Shown piece by piece: positions 30,130 through 40,990 of a stretch of 64,000 bases of DNA. The notes under the pieces are model-generated. The model saw only the letters and a list, made by a program, of their open reading frames with translations, searched no databases and was not told where the DNA came from. Origin of the DNA: an uncultured Gammaproteobacteria bacterium (lineage in GTDB: Bacteria; Patescibacteriota; Patescibacteriia; UBA11705). The position numbers and the translations under genes are program-made. Within the stretch, counting starts at the first letter, position 1. Every line of letters starts with the position of its first letter. The stretch lies in contig CAZQEI010000002.1 in assembly GCA_964592195.1 (NCBI GenBank), forward strand, positions 77,240-141,239. The letters are read 5' to 3'.

Positions 30130-30771
30130 TTATTTCTTCTTGGTCACTAAAACCTTATCCAAAGCCGCTAAAGCCGGCTGAGCAATGACTAAATGTTTAT
30201 ATTTTAATACTGTAGCTACATTCAAGTCCTTGGCGTTAATGGCTTCTACTTTAGGTAAATTTGCCACAGACTTAGCTAATTGAGTATTCATTTTTTCTAC
30301 AACAACCAAAACACTCTTGGTAACATCTAAATTTTTCAACAAGGAAACCAAAGTCTTAGTTTTAAATTCTGCTACTTCTAATTTATCTACTAATTTAATT
30401 TCATTTTCTTGGCAACGGCCAGTTAAAGCCATCAACAAAGCCTTGCGTCTAACTTGTTTATTGATCTTAACTTCGTAATTTCGATCATTGCGAGGACCAA
30501 AAGTCACACCACCACCAACCCATAACGGTGAGCGAATAGAACCGGCACGAGCTCGGCCAGTGCCTTTTTGTCGCCATGGTTTTTTACCACCACCACGAAC
30601 TTCACCACGTGTTTTGGTGTGCGCTAAATTCAAACGAGCAGAAGCTTGCATGGAAATAACCACTTGTTGAATAACCAACGGATTAATTTTCACACCAAAG
30701 ATAGCCGCATTTAAAGCAACTTCTCCAACAGCTTCACCTTTATCATTATAAACTTGTACTTTTTTATCCAT
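30130..30771 (-). CDS. rplD: 50S ribosomal protein uL4
   Basis: KPWRQKGTGRARAGS. Confidence 0.98.
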   Translation of the reverse strand: MDKKVQVYNDKGEAVGEVALNAAIFGVKINPLVIQQVVISMQASARLNLAHTKTRGEVRGGGKKPWRQKGTGRARAGSIRSPLWVGGGVTFGPRNDRNYEVKINKQVRRKALLMALTGRCQENEIKLVDKLEVAEFKTKTLVSLLKNLDVTKSVLVVVEKMNTQLAKSVANLPKVEAINAKDLNVATVLKYKHLVIAQPALAALDKVLVTKKK

Positions 30772-30776
30772 AAAAT

Positions 30777-31664
30777 TTATTGAGCATTAGTAGATGTTTC
30801 CGTCTTTTCCACCTCAGTGGCAACTGGAGTAACGTCTTCAGGTTTAACTTCTTCAACAGCTTCAGGAGCTTCGACGACCGGAGCTTCTGCAACTTGAGTT
30901 TCCACTACTGGGGTTTCAACTACAGGAGTTTCTTCCACCACAACATTTTCCACAACTGGTGTTTCAACTACTGGAGCTTCTACTTCAATCACTGGTTCAA
31001 CTGCAGCCACAGGTACTTCAACTACTGGTTTTACAATTTCAAAATCACCTAAACCACGAACTTGTAACAAACCGTTACGAGCTCCTGGTACAGCACCTTT
31101 AACATATAAAGCTTCATTATCAACAGCAATAACTTCTAAATTTTGAACAGTGACTTGATCATTCCCCATACGACCGCCCATACGCTTACCTTTAAACACG
31201 CGTTGAGGACCAGTACAACCAATGGAACCAGGCATACGTAATTGATCTTTGTGACCATGGGATTTTTTACCTCCGGCGAATCCGTGACGTTTAACTACAC
31301 CTTGAAAACCGCGACCCTTTGTCACGCCTTCCACATTCACCATATCTCCAGGAGTAAATATCATGGGACTAATTTCATCACCTTCGTTAACTTTTGACCA
31401 AACCGGGTCATTTACCGTAGCCCGAAACTCTCGAACAAAACGGAAATTACCGTGACCAAATTTTTGGAAAACTCCCAAGAGCGGCTTTATCACCTTGGCT
31501 TTTTGGCCAAATCCACATTTAAATGCCACATAACCATCCCGATCTTCAGTCTTTTTTTGCAATACTAAACACGGACCCGCTTGAATCTTGGTAACGGGAA
31601 CAACCGTGCCATCCGCCTTAAAAATCTGCGTCATGGCGATTTTTTTTCCTATAATGAATTTCAT
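30777..31664 (-). CDS. rplC: 50S ribosomal protein uL3 with acidic low-complexity tail
   Basis: GKKIAMTQIF, KGRGFQGVVKRH, KGAVPG; VETPV-type repeats at the C-terminus. Confidence 0.97.
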   Translation of the reverse strand: MKFIIGKKIAMTQIFKADGTVVPVTKIQAGPCLVLQKKTEDRDGYVAFKCGFGQKAKVIKPLLGVFQKFGHGNFRFVREFRATVNDPVWSKVNEGDEISPMIFTPGDMVNVEGVTKGRGFQGVVKRHGFAGGKKSHGHKDQLRMPGSIGCTGPQRVFKGKRMGGRMGNDQVTVQNLEVIAVDNEALYVKGAVPGARNGLLQVRGLGDFEIVKPVVEVPVAAVEPVIEVEAPVVETPVVENVVVEETPVVETPVVETQVAEAPVVEAPEAVEEVKPEDVTPVATEVEKTETSTNAQ

Positions 31665-31839
31665 AAAATTTTCCAAAAATAAAGAGCTGGACTCAAGCGA
31701 AGCCCAGCTCTTACTGGCTATATCTTAAGTCTCTTAAGTTAATCTTAGAATAAATCGAACTCTTTTCTCCCCTTTCCATTATTGGCTAATGACACTTCGA
31801 AACCGGTTATCATCAACCGCCAAAAGAAAAGCAATGATT

Positions 31840-32172
31840 TTACATTTTAATTTCCACATCAACACCTGCTGGTAAGTTGAGGTTTTGCAACGCATCAACT
31901 GTTTGAGCGGTAGGATTTAGGATATCAATCAAACGTTTGTGAATGCGCATTTCATATTGATCACGAGCATCCTTGTGGACAAAAGTAGAACTATTAACAG
32001 TTAACTTCTTTTTTTCCACTGGTAACGGAATTGGACCAGCCACTTCCGCCCCTGAACGTTCACTCGCTTCAATAATTGTGCGGCAGGATTGATCAATGAT
32101 CTTGCTATCGTAAGCGCGAATCTTGATTCTAATCCGTTGAACGTCTGATTTTTTTTCTTTCTTATCTGACAT
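31840..32172 (-). CDS. rpsJ: 30S ribosomal protein uS10
   Basis: IRIKIRAYD, GPIPLP, HKRLIDI. Confidence 0.98.
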   Translation of the reverse strand: MSDKKEKKSDVQRIRIKIRAYDSKIIDQSCRTIIEASERSGAEVAGPIPLPVEKKKLTVNSSTFVHKDARDQYEMRIHKRLIDILNPTAQTVDALQNLNLPAGVDVEIKM

Positions 32173-32188
32173 GCGATTGGAAATTAAA

Positions 32189-33382
32189 TTAGTTAACGAT
32201 CTTGCTGACTACACCGGCACCAATCGTCTTGCCACCTTCACGGATAGCGAAACGTTGTTGTTCTTCCAAAGCGACTGGAGTCATCAACTTAACTTTCAAA
32301 CTATTGACGGTATCACCAGGCATAACCATTTCAGTACCTGTAGGTAAAGTCACATCACCAGTAACATCAGTGGTACGGATATAGAATTGTGGTTTGTAAC
32401 CGTTGAAGAATGGCTTATGGCGACCGCCTTCATCTTTTGTCAAAATATAGACTTCGCATTCAAATTCAGAGTGAGGAGTGACGGTTCCCGGTTGAGCCAA
32501 GACTTGGCCACGTTCTACGTCTTCCTTTTTAATACCGCGAATTAACAAACCAGCATTATCACCAGCTTGACCTTCGTTCAAAGTCTTATTAAACATTTCA
32601 ATACCAGTAACTACGGTCTTTTGAGTATCGCGTAAACCGATAAGTTCGACATCATCATTGACATGAACAATACCACGTTCAATTCTACCAGTCACAACAG
32701 TACCACGACCTTCAATAGAGAATACATCTTCAACTGGCATCAAGAAAGGTTTAGCGGTTTCGCGGATAGGTTCTGGAACCTTAGTATCCAAAGCATCTAA
32801 TAAATCTTGAATGGATTTTCCCCAAACTGGATCATTTGGATTTTCCAGAGCCTTCAAAGCTGAACCACGAATAATTGGAGCTTCAGCACCTGGATATTCA
32901 TATTTGGTTAACAAATCACGGCATTCTTCTTCAACCAAATCAATCAATTCTGCTTCTTCAACCATGTCGCATTTATTCAAGAAAACCACAATATAAGGAA
33001 CGCCTACTTGGCGAGCCAAAACAATGTGTTCACGAGTCTGAGGCATAGGACCATCAGTCGCGGCCACCACCAACACAGCACCATCCATCTGAGCAGCACC
33101 AGTGATCATGTTCTTAACATAATCGGCGTGCCCTGGGCAGTCAACGTGTGCATAATGGCGATTAGCAGTTTCATATTCAACGTGAGCAGTGTTAATTGTA
33201 ATACCACGAGCCTTTTCTTCTGGGGCCTTATCGATATCATCAACTGAGAGAGGCTTTGCGCCACCTTTTACTGCTAAATAGTTCAAAATAGCGGCCGTTA
33301 AGGTCGTCTTACCATGGTCAACGTGACCAATTGTACCCACGTTAACATGGGGTTTTGTGCGTTCAAATACTGCTGCTGACAT
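32189..33382 (-). CDS. tuf: elongation factor Tu
   Basis: [17 protein letters not shown]. Confidence 0.99.
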   Translation of the reverse strand: MSAAVFERTKPHVNVGTIGHVDHGKTTLTAAILNYLAVKGGAKPLSVDDIDKAPEEKARGITINTAHVEYETANRHYAHVDCPGHADYVKNMITGAAQMDGAVLVVAATDGPMPQTREHIVLARQVGVPYIVVFLNKCDMVEEAELIDLVEEECRDLLTKYEYPGAEAPIIRGSALKALENPNDPVWGKSIQDLLDALDTKVPEPIRETAKPFLMPVEDVFSIEGRGTVVTGRIERGIVHVNDDVELIGLRDTQKTVVTGIEMFNKTLNEGQAGDNAGLLIRGIKKEDVERGQVLAQPGTVTPHSEFECEVYILTKDEGGRHKPFFNGYKPQFYIRTTDVTGDVTLPTGTEMVMPGDTVNSLKVKLMTPVALEEQQRFAIREGGKTIGAGVVSKIVN

Positions 33383-33555
33383 GTTTTTATTCTCCTGAAT
33401 TGCGGCCCTCGTAAGCGCTAAAGCTTGTTTGAGGTTTTAGCCAGCCACAACCAATTATTTATTTTTTAAATTAATATCGGGAATATTATAACAAATTATA
33501 AAAATAATGCAAGAGTGCCTAGAAAATCAGCCAAAAAGGCTAAAATTTGCTGTTT

Positions 33556-33867
33556 TTAATCTACCGGTTCAAGGTAATATTCATCTTCACTTGTTCCAAT
33601 ATTATCGCTTATTTTAGCATTTTCTTGAGACAGATAAGCTACAGAATCCAACTCATCAGATTGACTCATTCGCCACTCGGCAATATCGGCATTAATTTTG
33701 TCAATTAATTCCTCTTCTGTCAACTCTTCAACTTTCTGTTGAGTATCAATTAAAGCTTCAAAATCCTCCACTGGCATCACGACATAGGTTTGATTGTCTT
33801 TTTCAACAAACATTTTCCCCCCTACACGAGATAAAAGTTGAAAGATCCGATCTAAATTGATAGCCAT
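33556..33867 (-). CDS. small acidic protein between fusA and tuf; N-terminus Phd/YefM-like
   Basis: YVVMPVEDFEALID; ends EDEYYLEPVD. Confidence 0.65.
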   Translation of the reverse strand: MAINLDRIFQLLSRVGGKMFVEKDNQTYVVMPVEDFEALIDTQQKVEELTEEELIDKINADIAEWRMSQSDELDSVAYLSQENAKISDNIGTSEDEYYLEPVD

Positions 33868-33872
33868 ATAAT

Positions 33873-35948
33873 TTATTTCTTATCACCTTTTATTTTCTCC
33901 ACCAAGCTATTTGGTACTTCATTATATTGAGAAAATTCCATAGAATAACTAGCTCGGCCTTGGGTCAAACTACGAACTGTAGTGGCATAACCAAACATTT
34001 CTGATAAGGGAACTTCAGCATGAATAACCTTAGCTCCAGCACGATCACTCATTTCATTGATCTGACCACGACGAGAACTCAAGTCACCAACCACATCTCC
34101 CATAAATGATTCAGGTGTCACGACTTCAACTTTCATGACTGGTTCCAAAAGTACGAGGTCAGCTTTCTTGGTAGCATCTTGCAAGGCCATAGAAGCCGCA
34201 ATCTTAAACGCTGCTTCAGAAGAATCAACTTCGTGATATGAACCATCAAACACAGTGACTTTAGTATCGATTAATTGATAACCAGCCAACACACCACGAT
34301 CCAAAGCTTCTTTCACACCCTTTTGAATAGCTGGAACATATTCACGTGGCACCACGCCGCCTTTAATTTCATCCACGAATTCAAAACCTTTACCGCGTTC
34401 TTGAGGCTCAACTCGTAACCAACAATGGCCATATTGACCACGACCACCAGATTGACGAATATATTTACCTTCGGCTTCGGCCATTTTCTTGATAGTTTCA
34501 CGATAAGCAACTTGTGGACGACCAGTATTGGCCTCCACGTTAAATTCGCGCTTCATACGATCAACAATAATTTCCAAGTGTAATTCACCCATACCAGCAA
34601 TAATGGTCTGATTAGATTCTTCATCTGTTCTAACACGGAAAGTTGGATCTTCTTCAGACAATTTTTGTAAAGCCACACCCATGCGTTCTTGATCACCCTT
34701 AGTTTTCGGTTCAATAGCAATAGAAATAACTGGCTCTGGGAAGGTAATATTTTCCAAAATAACTTGAAAATCTTCATTACATAAAGTATGACCAGTGAAA
34801 GTACTTTTCAAACCAATGGCAGCCGCGATTTCACCAGCATACACTGCATCCACATCTTCACGATGATTGGCATGCAAACGGACAATACGACCAATACGTT
34901 CTCTTTCTCCAGTAGTGGTATTAACCACATAAGAACCAGATTGCAAAGAACCTTGGTACACGCGGAAAAAGGCTAACTTACCTACGAATGGGTCAGTCGC
35001 GATTTTAAACGCCAAAGCCACAAACGGAGCATCATCGGTTGGTTTTATTTCAATCATTTTCTCCAAATCATTGGCATCGTGCGCTTGTAAAGTAGGAACA
35101 TCTAAAGGTGAAGGTAAATATTCAGTCACCGCATCCAACAATTTTTGAACACCTTTATTTTTTAACGCAGAGCCGCACATAACTGGGACTAATTTATTAT
35201 CAATCACAGCTTGGCGTAAAACGCGTTTCAAATCAGCGACTTCAATTTCTTCAGCCGCTAAATATTTATTCATCAAAACTTCATCGTTTTCAACGATGGC
35301 TTCGATTAACTTTGAACGATATTCTTCTACTAATGCTTTCATGTCTTCTGGTACATCGCTTTCCACCATATCCAAACCTAAATCATCATTATAAACAGTG
35401 GCTTTGCGAGTAAACAAATCGACAATACCCTTGAAAGTTTCAGCCGCGCCGATTGGCAATTGAATGGGATGAGCTCTATGAGCCAAACGATCATGAATTG
35501 TTTTCAAATCAAAATAGAAATCTGCACCCATGCGATCCATTTTATTAACAAAAGCAATACGAGGCACATGATATTTATCCGCTTGGCGCCAAACAGTTTC
35601 TGATTGGGATTCTACACCGGCCACGCCATCAAACACCACCACACCGCCATCCAAAACACGCAAGGAACGTTCTACTTCTGCAGTAAAGTCCACATGCCCT
35701 GGAGTATCAATTAAGTTAATCCGGCAGTTATTCCAAAAGCAGGTAGTGGCCGCGGAGGTAATAGTAATACCGCGTTCGCGTTCTTGTTCCATCCAGTCCA
35801 TAGTGGCTTCACCTTCATGGACTTCACCGATTTTATGTTTTTTGCCAGTATAAAACAAAACACGTTCTGACACAGTGGTTTTACCAGCGTCGATGTGAGC
35901 GATAATGCCGATATTTCTAGTTTGTTCTAGAGTGTATTCACGAGGCAT
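33873..35948 (-). CDS. fusA: elongation factor G
   Basis: [30 protein letters not shown]. Confidence 0.99.
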   Translation of the reverse strand: MPREYTLEQTRNIGIIAHIDAGKTTVSERVLFYTGKKHKIGEVHEGEATMDWMEQERERGITITSAATTCFWNNCRINLIDTPGHVDFTAEVERSLRVLDGGVVVFDGVAGVESQSETVWRQADKYHVPRIAFVNKMDRMGADFYFDLKTIHDRLAHRAHPIQLPIGAAETFKGIVDLFTRKATVYNDDLGLDMVESDVPEDMKALVEEYRSKLIEAIVENDEVLMNKYLAAEEIEVADLKRVLRQAVIDNKLVPVMCGSALKNKGVQKLLDAVTEYLPSPLDVPTLQAHDANDLEKMIEIKPTDDAPFVALAFKIATDPFVGKLAFFRVYQGSLQSGSYVVNTTTGERERIGRIVRLHANHREDVDAVYAGEIAAAIGLKSTFTGHTLCNEDFQVILENITFPEPVISIAIEPKTKGDQERMGVALQKLSEEDPTFRVRTDEESNQTIIAGMGELHLEIIVDRMKREFNVEANTGRPQVAYRETIKKMAEAEGKYIRQSGGRGQYGHCWLRVEPQERGKGFEFVDEIKGGVVPREYVPAIQKGVKEALDRGVLAGYQLIDTKVTVFDGSYHEVDSSEAAFKIAASMALQDATKKADLVLLEPVMKVEVVTPESFMGDVVGDLSSRRGQINEMSDRAGAKVIHAEVPLSEMFGYATTVRSLTQGRASYSMEFSQYNEVPNSLVEKIKGDKK

Positions 35949-36075
35949 AGAGTTATAATTGAGTAACCAGTAACTGGTAACCAGTAACTAGTACAGAGAA
36001 TTATTTATTTTATTATTTTTACTAATGGTTAAAAAACAATGTCACTCGCGAAAGATCGGAGCAACATTATTTTGA

Positions 36076-36570
36076 TTATCGTGCAAAGTGAGCGAAAGCG
36101 CGATTGGCTTCAGCCATACGATGAACATCGGCTTTCTTCTTGATCGCATCACCTTCGTTTTTATAAGCTAAGATAATTTCATCCGCTAATTTGGAACACA
36201 TTGGTCGGCCTTTTTTGTTACGAGCCGCGCCAATTAACCAACGATAGGATAATGCCAATTTGCGTTCACCACGAACTGGGAACGGGACTTGGTAGTTCGC
36301 GCCACCGACACGGCGACCGCGGACTTCGATTTGAGGGGTAATATTTTTGATCGCTTGATCAAAGACGTGCAAAGAAGTGATACCTTCTTCACCTTCGATT
36401 TTCTTGTCTTTGATAGCGGCTTCTATAATATCAAAAGCATCATAAACCACGCCTTGAGCAATGGATTTCTTACCTTGATACATTATATAATTGATAAGTT
36501 TTTCCACTGGAACGCTATTGAAACGAGCGTCAGCTTTGATCTTTCTTTTTGGGGCTTTTTTACCACGCAT
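36076..36570 (-). CDS. rpsG: 30S ribosomal protein uS7
   Basis: RRVGGANYQVP, HRMAEANRAFAHF. Confidence 0.98.
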   Translation of the reverse strand: MRGKKAPKRKIKADARFNSVPVEKLINYIMYQGKKSIAQGVVYDAFDIIEAAIKDKKIEGEEGITSLHVFDQAIKNITPQIEVRGRRVGGANYQVPFPVRGERKLALSYRWLIGAARNKKGRPMCSKLADEIILAYKNEGDAIKKKADVHRMAEANRAFAHFAR

Positions 36571-36590
36571 ATATTATATTTTGCCTAAAA

Positions 36591-37034
36591 TTACTTAGAT
36601 TTTGGCGCAGCAGCTCCGGCTTTCGGACGCTTCGCTCCATATCGGGAACGGCCTTGACGACGGGCCTCTACCCCTTGAGTATCAAATACACCACGGACGA
36701 TCTGGTAACGAATACCAGGTAAATCTTTGCGGCGACCGCCACGAATCATCACGATGGAGTGTTCTTGTAAATTGTGACCTTCACCCGGAATATAAGCGGT
36801 AACTTCTTGACCATTGCTCAAGCGAACACGAGCGATTTTACGCAAAGCGGAGTTTGGTTTTTTCGGGGTGGTGGTGGTAACTTTTAAACACACGCCACGC
36901 TTAAAAGACGCGCCCTTAGCGAGCGGGTGAGAATGTCGTTTGAGTGAATTTAAGACAGATTGCAAAGCCGGGGTCTTAGATTTGTTTTTCTTTGATTGCC
37001 GACCCTTGCGAACTAATTGATTGATTGTTGGCAT
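36591..37034 (-). CDS. rpsL: 30S ribosomal protein uS12
   Basis: [28 protein letters not shown]. Confidence 0.99.
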   Translation of the reverse strand: MPTINQLVRKGRQSKKNKSKTPALQSVLNSLKRHSHPLAKGASFKRGVCLKVTTTTPKKPNSALRKIARVRLSNGQEVTAYIPGEGHNLQEHSIVMIRGGRRKDLPGIRYQIVRGVFDTQGVEARRQGRSRYGAKRPKAGAAAPKSK

Positions 37035-37130
37035 AATACAACAAACACCAGCCAGTGATCAGCCCCTCATTGGCTAATGAGTTTTAATATGAATATTCTT
37101 GATATTCTTCTATTTAATTAAGGTGCTTGC

Positions 37131-37159
37131 AGTTTATCATGGAGGTAAAAATAAGTCAA
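37131..37159 (-). promoter_or_regulatory. probable str-operon promoter
   Basis: TTGACT-17 nt-TAAACT on the minus strand, with a TG extension. Confidence 0.6.
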
Positions 37160-37331
37160 GCGGTCAGTGAACATTGATCATTGATCATTGATCACGGAAA
37201 ACAGGAAAAAAACAAAGACTAAATACTTATGTGATTACGGATTACTTACTGTCGAAAAAGAAGACAAACGGTCATTGACCATTGATCATTGATCATGGAT
37301 CATTAATCAAGAAAAAATGAAAAAACTGGAA

Positions 37332-38282
37332 TTAATCCATTCGGACATCAAAACTGCAGGCGAGGCGGCACCCTAACCGCCAAAAATTGCTTCCAGAAGC
37401 CTCAGAGACAAAACTCAGGCGATTAGAATCAAAAGGGGCCCAACCAACACGCGGGATACGAAGACCGAAAAAAGGTCTCACAGAACCGGGCAACCAAGTC
37501 CAACCATTACAATCTAAATGTTTTCCAGTTCTACGATAGTATTCCCTCTGATAGACTAAATACTCTGACTCTGACAAGCCGTACACGCTGTATTTTTTAA
37601 ATATTCCACCTGGTAATTTTAAGTCATCGAGGGATTTTCCCACTGTAGACTTACATAATTCATCTTCTTCCAATTCCTGCAAATCCTTGGTTAATATTAT
37701 TCTAAACCCGATACTTGTATCTACACTGCCTTCGAAGTCACCGTAATTTTTGTAATCAGGACTTCGTTGTGTTCCTGAATAACCTGAGCTCATCAACTTA
37801 TGTAATTTCGCATAGCGTTCATTCTTTGTTCCCGTTATCTTACCGCTCGCATCTTTAATTACTTCTGTCTCACCTACCAAACCTTCGGGAATAATTATCA
37901 TATGATCAAAGCCCAATTCAGTAATCAGTCTTTCCATTTCTTTTTGTTGTTCTTTGGTTATTGTAATCGTATCAGGCAGATTGACCCAATCAACACCTGT
38001 TTTTTGATAAAAGTCTCGATAATGTTCCAAGCGTTCTTTCAAGTTAAATTCAATCTTTCTCCCCTCTTTGGTCTTAGCTGAGACAATCTGAATTTCCGGT
38101 TCTTTAACAACAGAAGAGTATTGTTCAACCAAATTCAATGCGTCCTTCACGTAATCAGGATTATTGGCCATGCCTCGTTTGCCTTTAGATAATTCTCTTA
38201 ATCTATCATTAATATCAACCAAGGCGGCACCTGTTTTGGGATCGCTATTGAAAGTTAAATTTTCATTTAACTCAAATGACAT
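37332..38282 (-). CDS. hypothetical protein with CLec/FGE-like C-terminal ligand-binding region
   Basis: GLSESEY..TGKHLD..WTWLPGS...VGW...LGCRLA pattern. Confidence 0.55.
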   Translation of the reverse strand: MSFELNENLTFNSDPKTGAALVDINDRLRELSKGKRGMANNPDYVKDALNLVEQYSSVVKEPEIQIVSAKTKEGRKIEFNLKERLEHYRDFYQKTGVDWVNLPDTITITKEQQKEMERLITELGFDHMIIIPEGLVGETEVIKDASGKITGTKNERYAKLHKLMSSGYSGTQRSPDYKNYGDFEGSVDTSIGFRIILTKDLQELEEDELCKSTVGKSLDDLKLPGGIFKKYSVYGLSESEYLVYQREYYRRTGKHLDCNGWTWLPGSVRPFFGLRIPRVGWAPFDSNRLSFVSEASGSNFWRLGCRLACSFDVRMD

Positions 38283-38299
38283 AGTTTATTATTTACCAA

Positions 38300-38337
38300 G
38301 AGATTGCCACGCCCCTCAATTCTTTCGAGGCTCGCAA
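38300..38337 (+). repeat. GAGATTGC...hairpin...CTCGCAA repeat family, copy 1 of 7 (others start at 39125, 40942, 47848, 51530, 53116, 63922)
   Basis: Conserved ends with a variable internal stem-loop. Confidence 0.85.
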
Positions 38338-38367
38338 AAGAGAATGCTATTTTGACTATCATTTTAA

Positions 38368-39009
38368 CTAAAATATAATACGATAAACAAAATCAATCAC
38401 CCACTGGAACAAGTGGCCGAAGATATTCACACCGGCAAAGTTATCTAGGATTAAAAGGAATAACAGAATAAAAGGTCCTTTGGTTTCTAGGAACAAAGCA
38501 ATGTGACTATATTTTGAAGAATTTAATAAAGCGAACAAGAACTTAGAGCCATCTAATGGTGGTAATGGAATCAGGTTAAAAACCATCAAAATGACGTTGA
38601 TAATAACTAAAATGTGCAAAAACTGAATCAACAAGTTTTCAGCTGGTAATAAACCCTGAAAAACGATTAATCTCAAAGCTAAACCGCCAAGCGTTGCCAA
38701 AATTAAATTGGAAAACGGACCGGCCATGGCGACAAGCACAGAATCTCGGCGATAGTTACCAAAATTGTAGGGGTTAAAAGGCACTGGTTTTCCCCAGCCA
38801 AAGCCGGCAATTAATAGAACTGCCATACCCAAACCGCTGATATGGGATAACGGATTTAAAGTTAATCTTCCCATTGACTTGGCCGTATGGTCGCCAAGCA
38901 AATAGGCGGCTAAAGCATGGGAAAATTCGTGAAAAGTTAAAGCGATCACAATGGCGCAAAGCCAAGCGATAAAAACGAGCGGGTCGGTGAACAAAGTTTG
39001 GATAATCAT
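38368..39009 (-). CDS. site-2 protease (peptidase M50)
   Basis: HEFSH, AGPFSN, FNLIPLPPLDG. Confidence 0.95.
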   Translation of the reverse strand: MIIQTLFTDPLVFIAWLCAIVIALTFHEFSHALAAYLLGDHTAKSMGRLTLNPLSHISGLGMAVLLIAGFGWGKPVPFNPYNFGNYRRDSVLVAMAGPFSNLILATLGGLALRLIVFQGLLPAENLLIQFLHILVIINVILMVFNLIPLPPLDGSKFLFALLNSSKYSHIALFLETKGPFILLFLLILDNFAGVNIFGHLFQWVIDFVYRIIF

Positions 39010-39286
39010 ATGATAGTTTATAAGTTAATAAGTGAGTAAGTTCTTAAGTAAAAAAGTCCCGCTGGGCGGGATCCCGCCTTGCGGGACAAAAAAACAAGAA
39101 AACAAAAAAACAAATTTATGAATAGAGATTGCCACGTCCCGTTAGATCGGGACTCGCAAAATAATTATAATACTTTAGTTAATTATATAACATTTATGAG
39201 GATTTCCCAAATGTGGCGGGGTGGGACTTGATTTTTTTATGAATGGCTGTTATAGTATTAGCACTTAAATTCTAATCATAAATGAT

Positions 39287-39463
39287 ATGAGTCGAAAATG
39301 TGATATTTGCGGACGTGGTCCACAATCCTCCGTTTCGGTCAGCCATTCCAAAATTGCTACCAAACGCGTATTAAACATCAATCTTCACACTAAAAAAATC
39401 GATCAAAAGACTGTCAAAATGTGCAGTGTTTGTTTGAGAACTCGGAATAAAGCTAGTAAATAA
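39287..39463 (+). CDS. rpmB: 50S ribosomal protein bL28 (not in the ORF track)
   Basis: Hand translation MSRKCDICGRGPQSSVSVSHSKIATKRVLNINLH...CSVCLRT. Confidence 0.92.
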   Translation: MSRKCDICGRGPQSSVSVSHSKIATKRVLNINLHTKKIDQKTVKMCSVCLRTRNKASK

Positions 39464-39626
39464 GTTGTTACCGATATACCGATAGTTACTGATTTTACAG
39501 ATTATTACGGATTCATCACAAAAAAATAAAACCCCGCTGGAAGGCGGAGTTTTTTGTTAACTTAATATTATGAGAGGTTAAATCTTTACATACCGACCAC
39601 TACGTTTACCTGTATTACAAAAATTA

Positions 39627-40115
39627 TTACATGGAGAAATGAAAAAGGTAATTATACATTAACCAAATACCCCAGGCAGACAAAAGCAGTGGCCCAAATA
39701 AAATTAAATTGAAAACATTTAATTCTGATTCTTTATACGATTTATAGAAATAATAAACAGTTACAAACAAGAAGACAAAAACACTTAACAAAATAGGTAA
39801 AATTGCAAATAATCCGGAGGGAAACATTAACATTATCCCAAGTAAAAATACTGGGACAAACAAACCCATTTTCCAGCGCCAGTGTTTATTTTTCTGAGAC
39901 CAATCCTTGTAACTGGCGGTTAATAATATTGGAACACCAAACAACGATAAAATCATTCCGCAAGCAGTAACGGGTAAAGCCCACGACCAATAATAATTTC
40001 CTGGACTCCAGAAGCCATGTTGCGTGGCAGGGAGAAAAATACTTATAAGAAAAATAGAGACTCCGATTAAAAGTGGAGAGAGAACGAGCAAGAGCAATTT
40101 ATTGTTTTGAGACAT
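39627..40115 (-). CDS. multi-TM membrane protein
   Basis: Four to five hydrophobic segments. Confidence 0.7.
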   Translation of the reverse strand: MSQNNKLLLLVLSPLLIGVSIFLISIFLPATQHGFWSPGNYYWSWALPVTACGMILSLFGVPILLTASYKDWSQKNKHWRWKMGLFVPVFLLGIMLMFPSGLFAILPILLSVFVFLFVTVYYFYKSYKESELNVFNLILFGPLLLSAWGIWLMYNYLFHFSM

Positions 40116-40120
40116 ATTTA

Positions 40121-40156
40121 AATTACGAATTTACGAATCTGTTACGAATGTGTACG
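40121..40156. repeat. 36-bp direct repeat (second copy 41368-41403) built of TTACGAAT units
   Basis: AATTACGAATTTACGAATCTGTTACGAATGTGTACG is identical at both sites. Confidence 0.9.
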
Positions 40157-40164
40157 AATTATCA

Positions 40165-40899
40165 TTATTGATTTAAATATTTTTTCAGTTCATCCACAAA
40201 CAAACTTTCATTATCGATAAAGTTTTCTTTTCTATATTTCAATGCAGTTTGAATTAAATGATCAGAAGATTCTCGCGCCGCGATTTGTTCAAAAGAATGG
40301 GTTGGCAACTCTCCTCTGTTTTCTTGTTGCATGGAAACCAACCAAAAAAATTCTTTAATTAATGTTTTAAAATCAATTTGTTTATTCTCCCATGCAGGAA
40401 TATAACCATTCAGAATAACTTTAATTTCATCTTGAATAGTTTGTTCCAAGTCTCGTTGAGGAAATTCAGCCGGATTCAAAGGCGTGCCATAAATTATTTG
40501 GCATTCATTTAACTTGGCTAACATACGGTCTGGTTTGGCACGCAAATCAGGTTGAATATCGGTAGGCGTAGCCAATTGATTATGTTCAAACTCCCATAAA
40601 GATAAAGGAATGGCCGCCACTGGTTCAATAGCTGAACCATTAAGCGCAAAGACAGCATCTTCATCTTCGTTATTTCTCACAATTGGAACCATATCCACAT
40701 CACTTCCCTCTTTCATTTCACGACGGACAAAACTGCCTTTGATATAAATAGCTATTAAATTTTCTTTCGGGACAGTGGCAATAATTAAATCACGAGCGTG
40801 TTTAACAGCTTCAATGGCTTTTGATTCGATTGGGGTAATATTTTCCCACGATTCCCAAAAGTTAAAATCCGGAATTTGAATTTGTTCAGATTGATTCAT
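40165..40899 (-). CDS. DNA-pol-beta-superfamily nucleotidyltransferase domain protein
   Basis: IYIKGSFVRREMKEGSDVD (hGS...DhD motif). Confidence 0.8.
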   Translation of the reverse strand: MNQSEQIQIPDFNFWESWENITPIESKAIEAVKHARDLIIATVPKENLIAIYIKGSFVRREMKEGSDVDMVPIVRNNEDEDAVFALNGSAIEPVAAIPLSLWEFEHNQLATPTDIQPDLRAKPDRMLAKLNECQIIYGTPLNPAEFPQRDLEQTIQDEIKVILNGYIPAWENKQIDFKTLIKEFFWLVSMQQENRGELPTHSFEQIAARESSDHLIQTALKYRKENFIDNESLFVDELKKYLNQ

Positions 40900-40990
40900 A
40901 TAAAAATTATTTTAGACAAGTGGCAGCAATATTATAGTTAAGAGATTGCCACGGCCCCCGCCAGCGGGGTCCTCGCAAAAGAGTGTATTA

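Noticed and set aside
37000-38400. Complete DGR locus
   Set aside because: No reverse transcriptase, Avd or template repeat in the window; kept only as a possible remote target.
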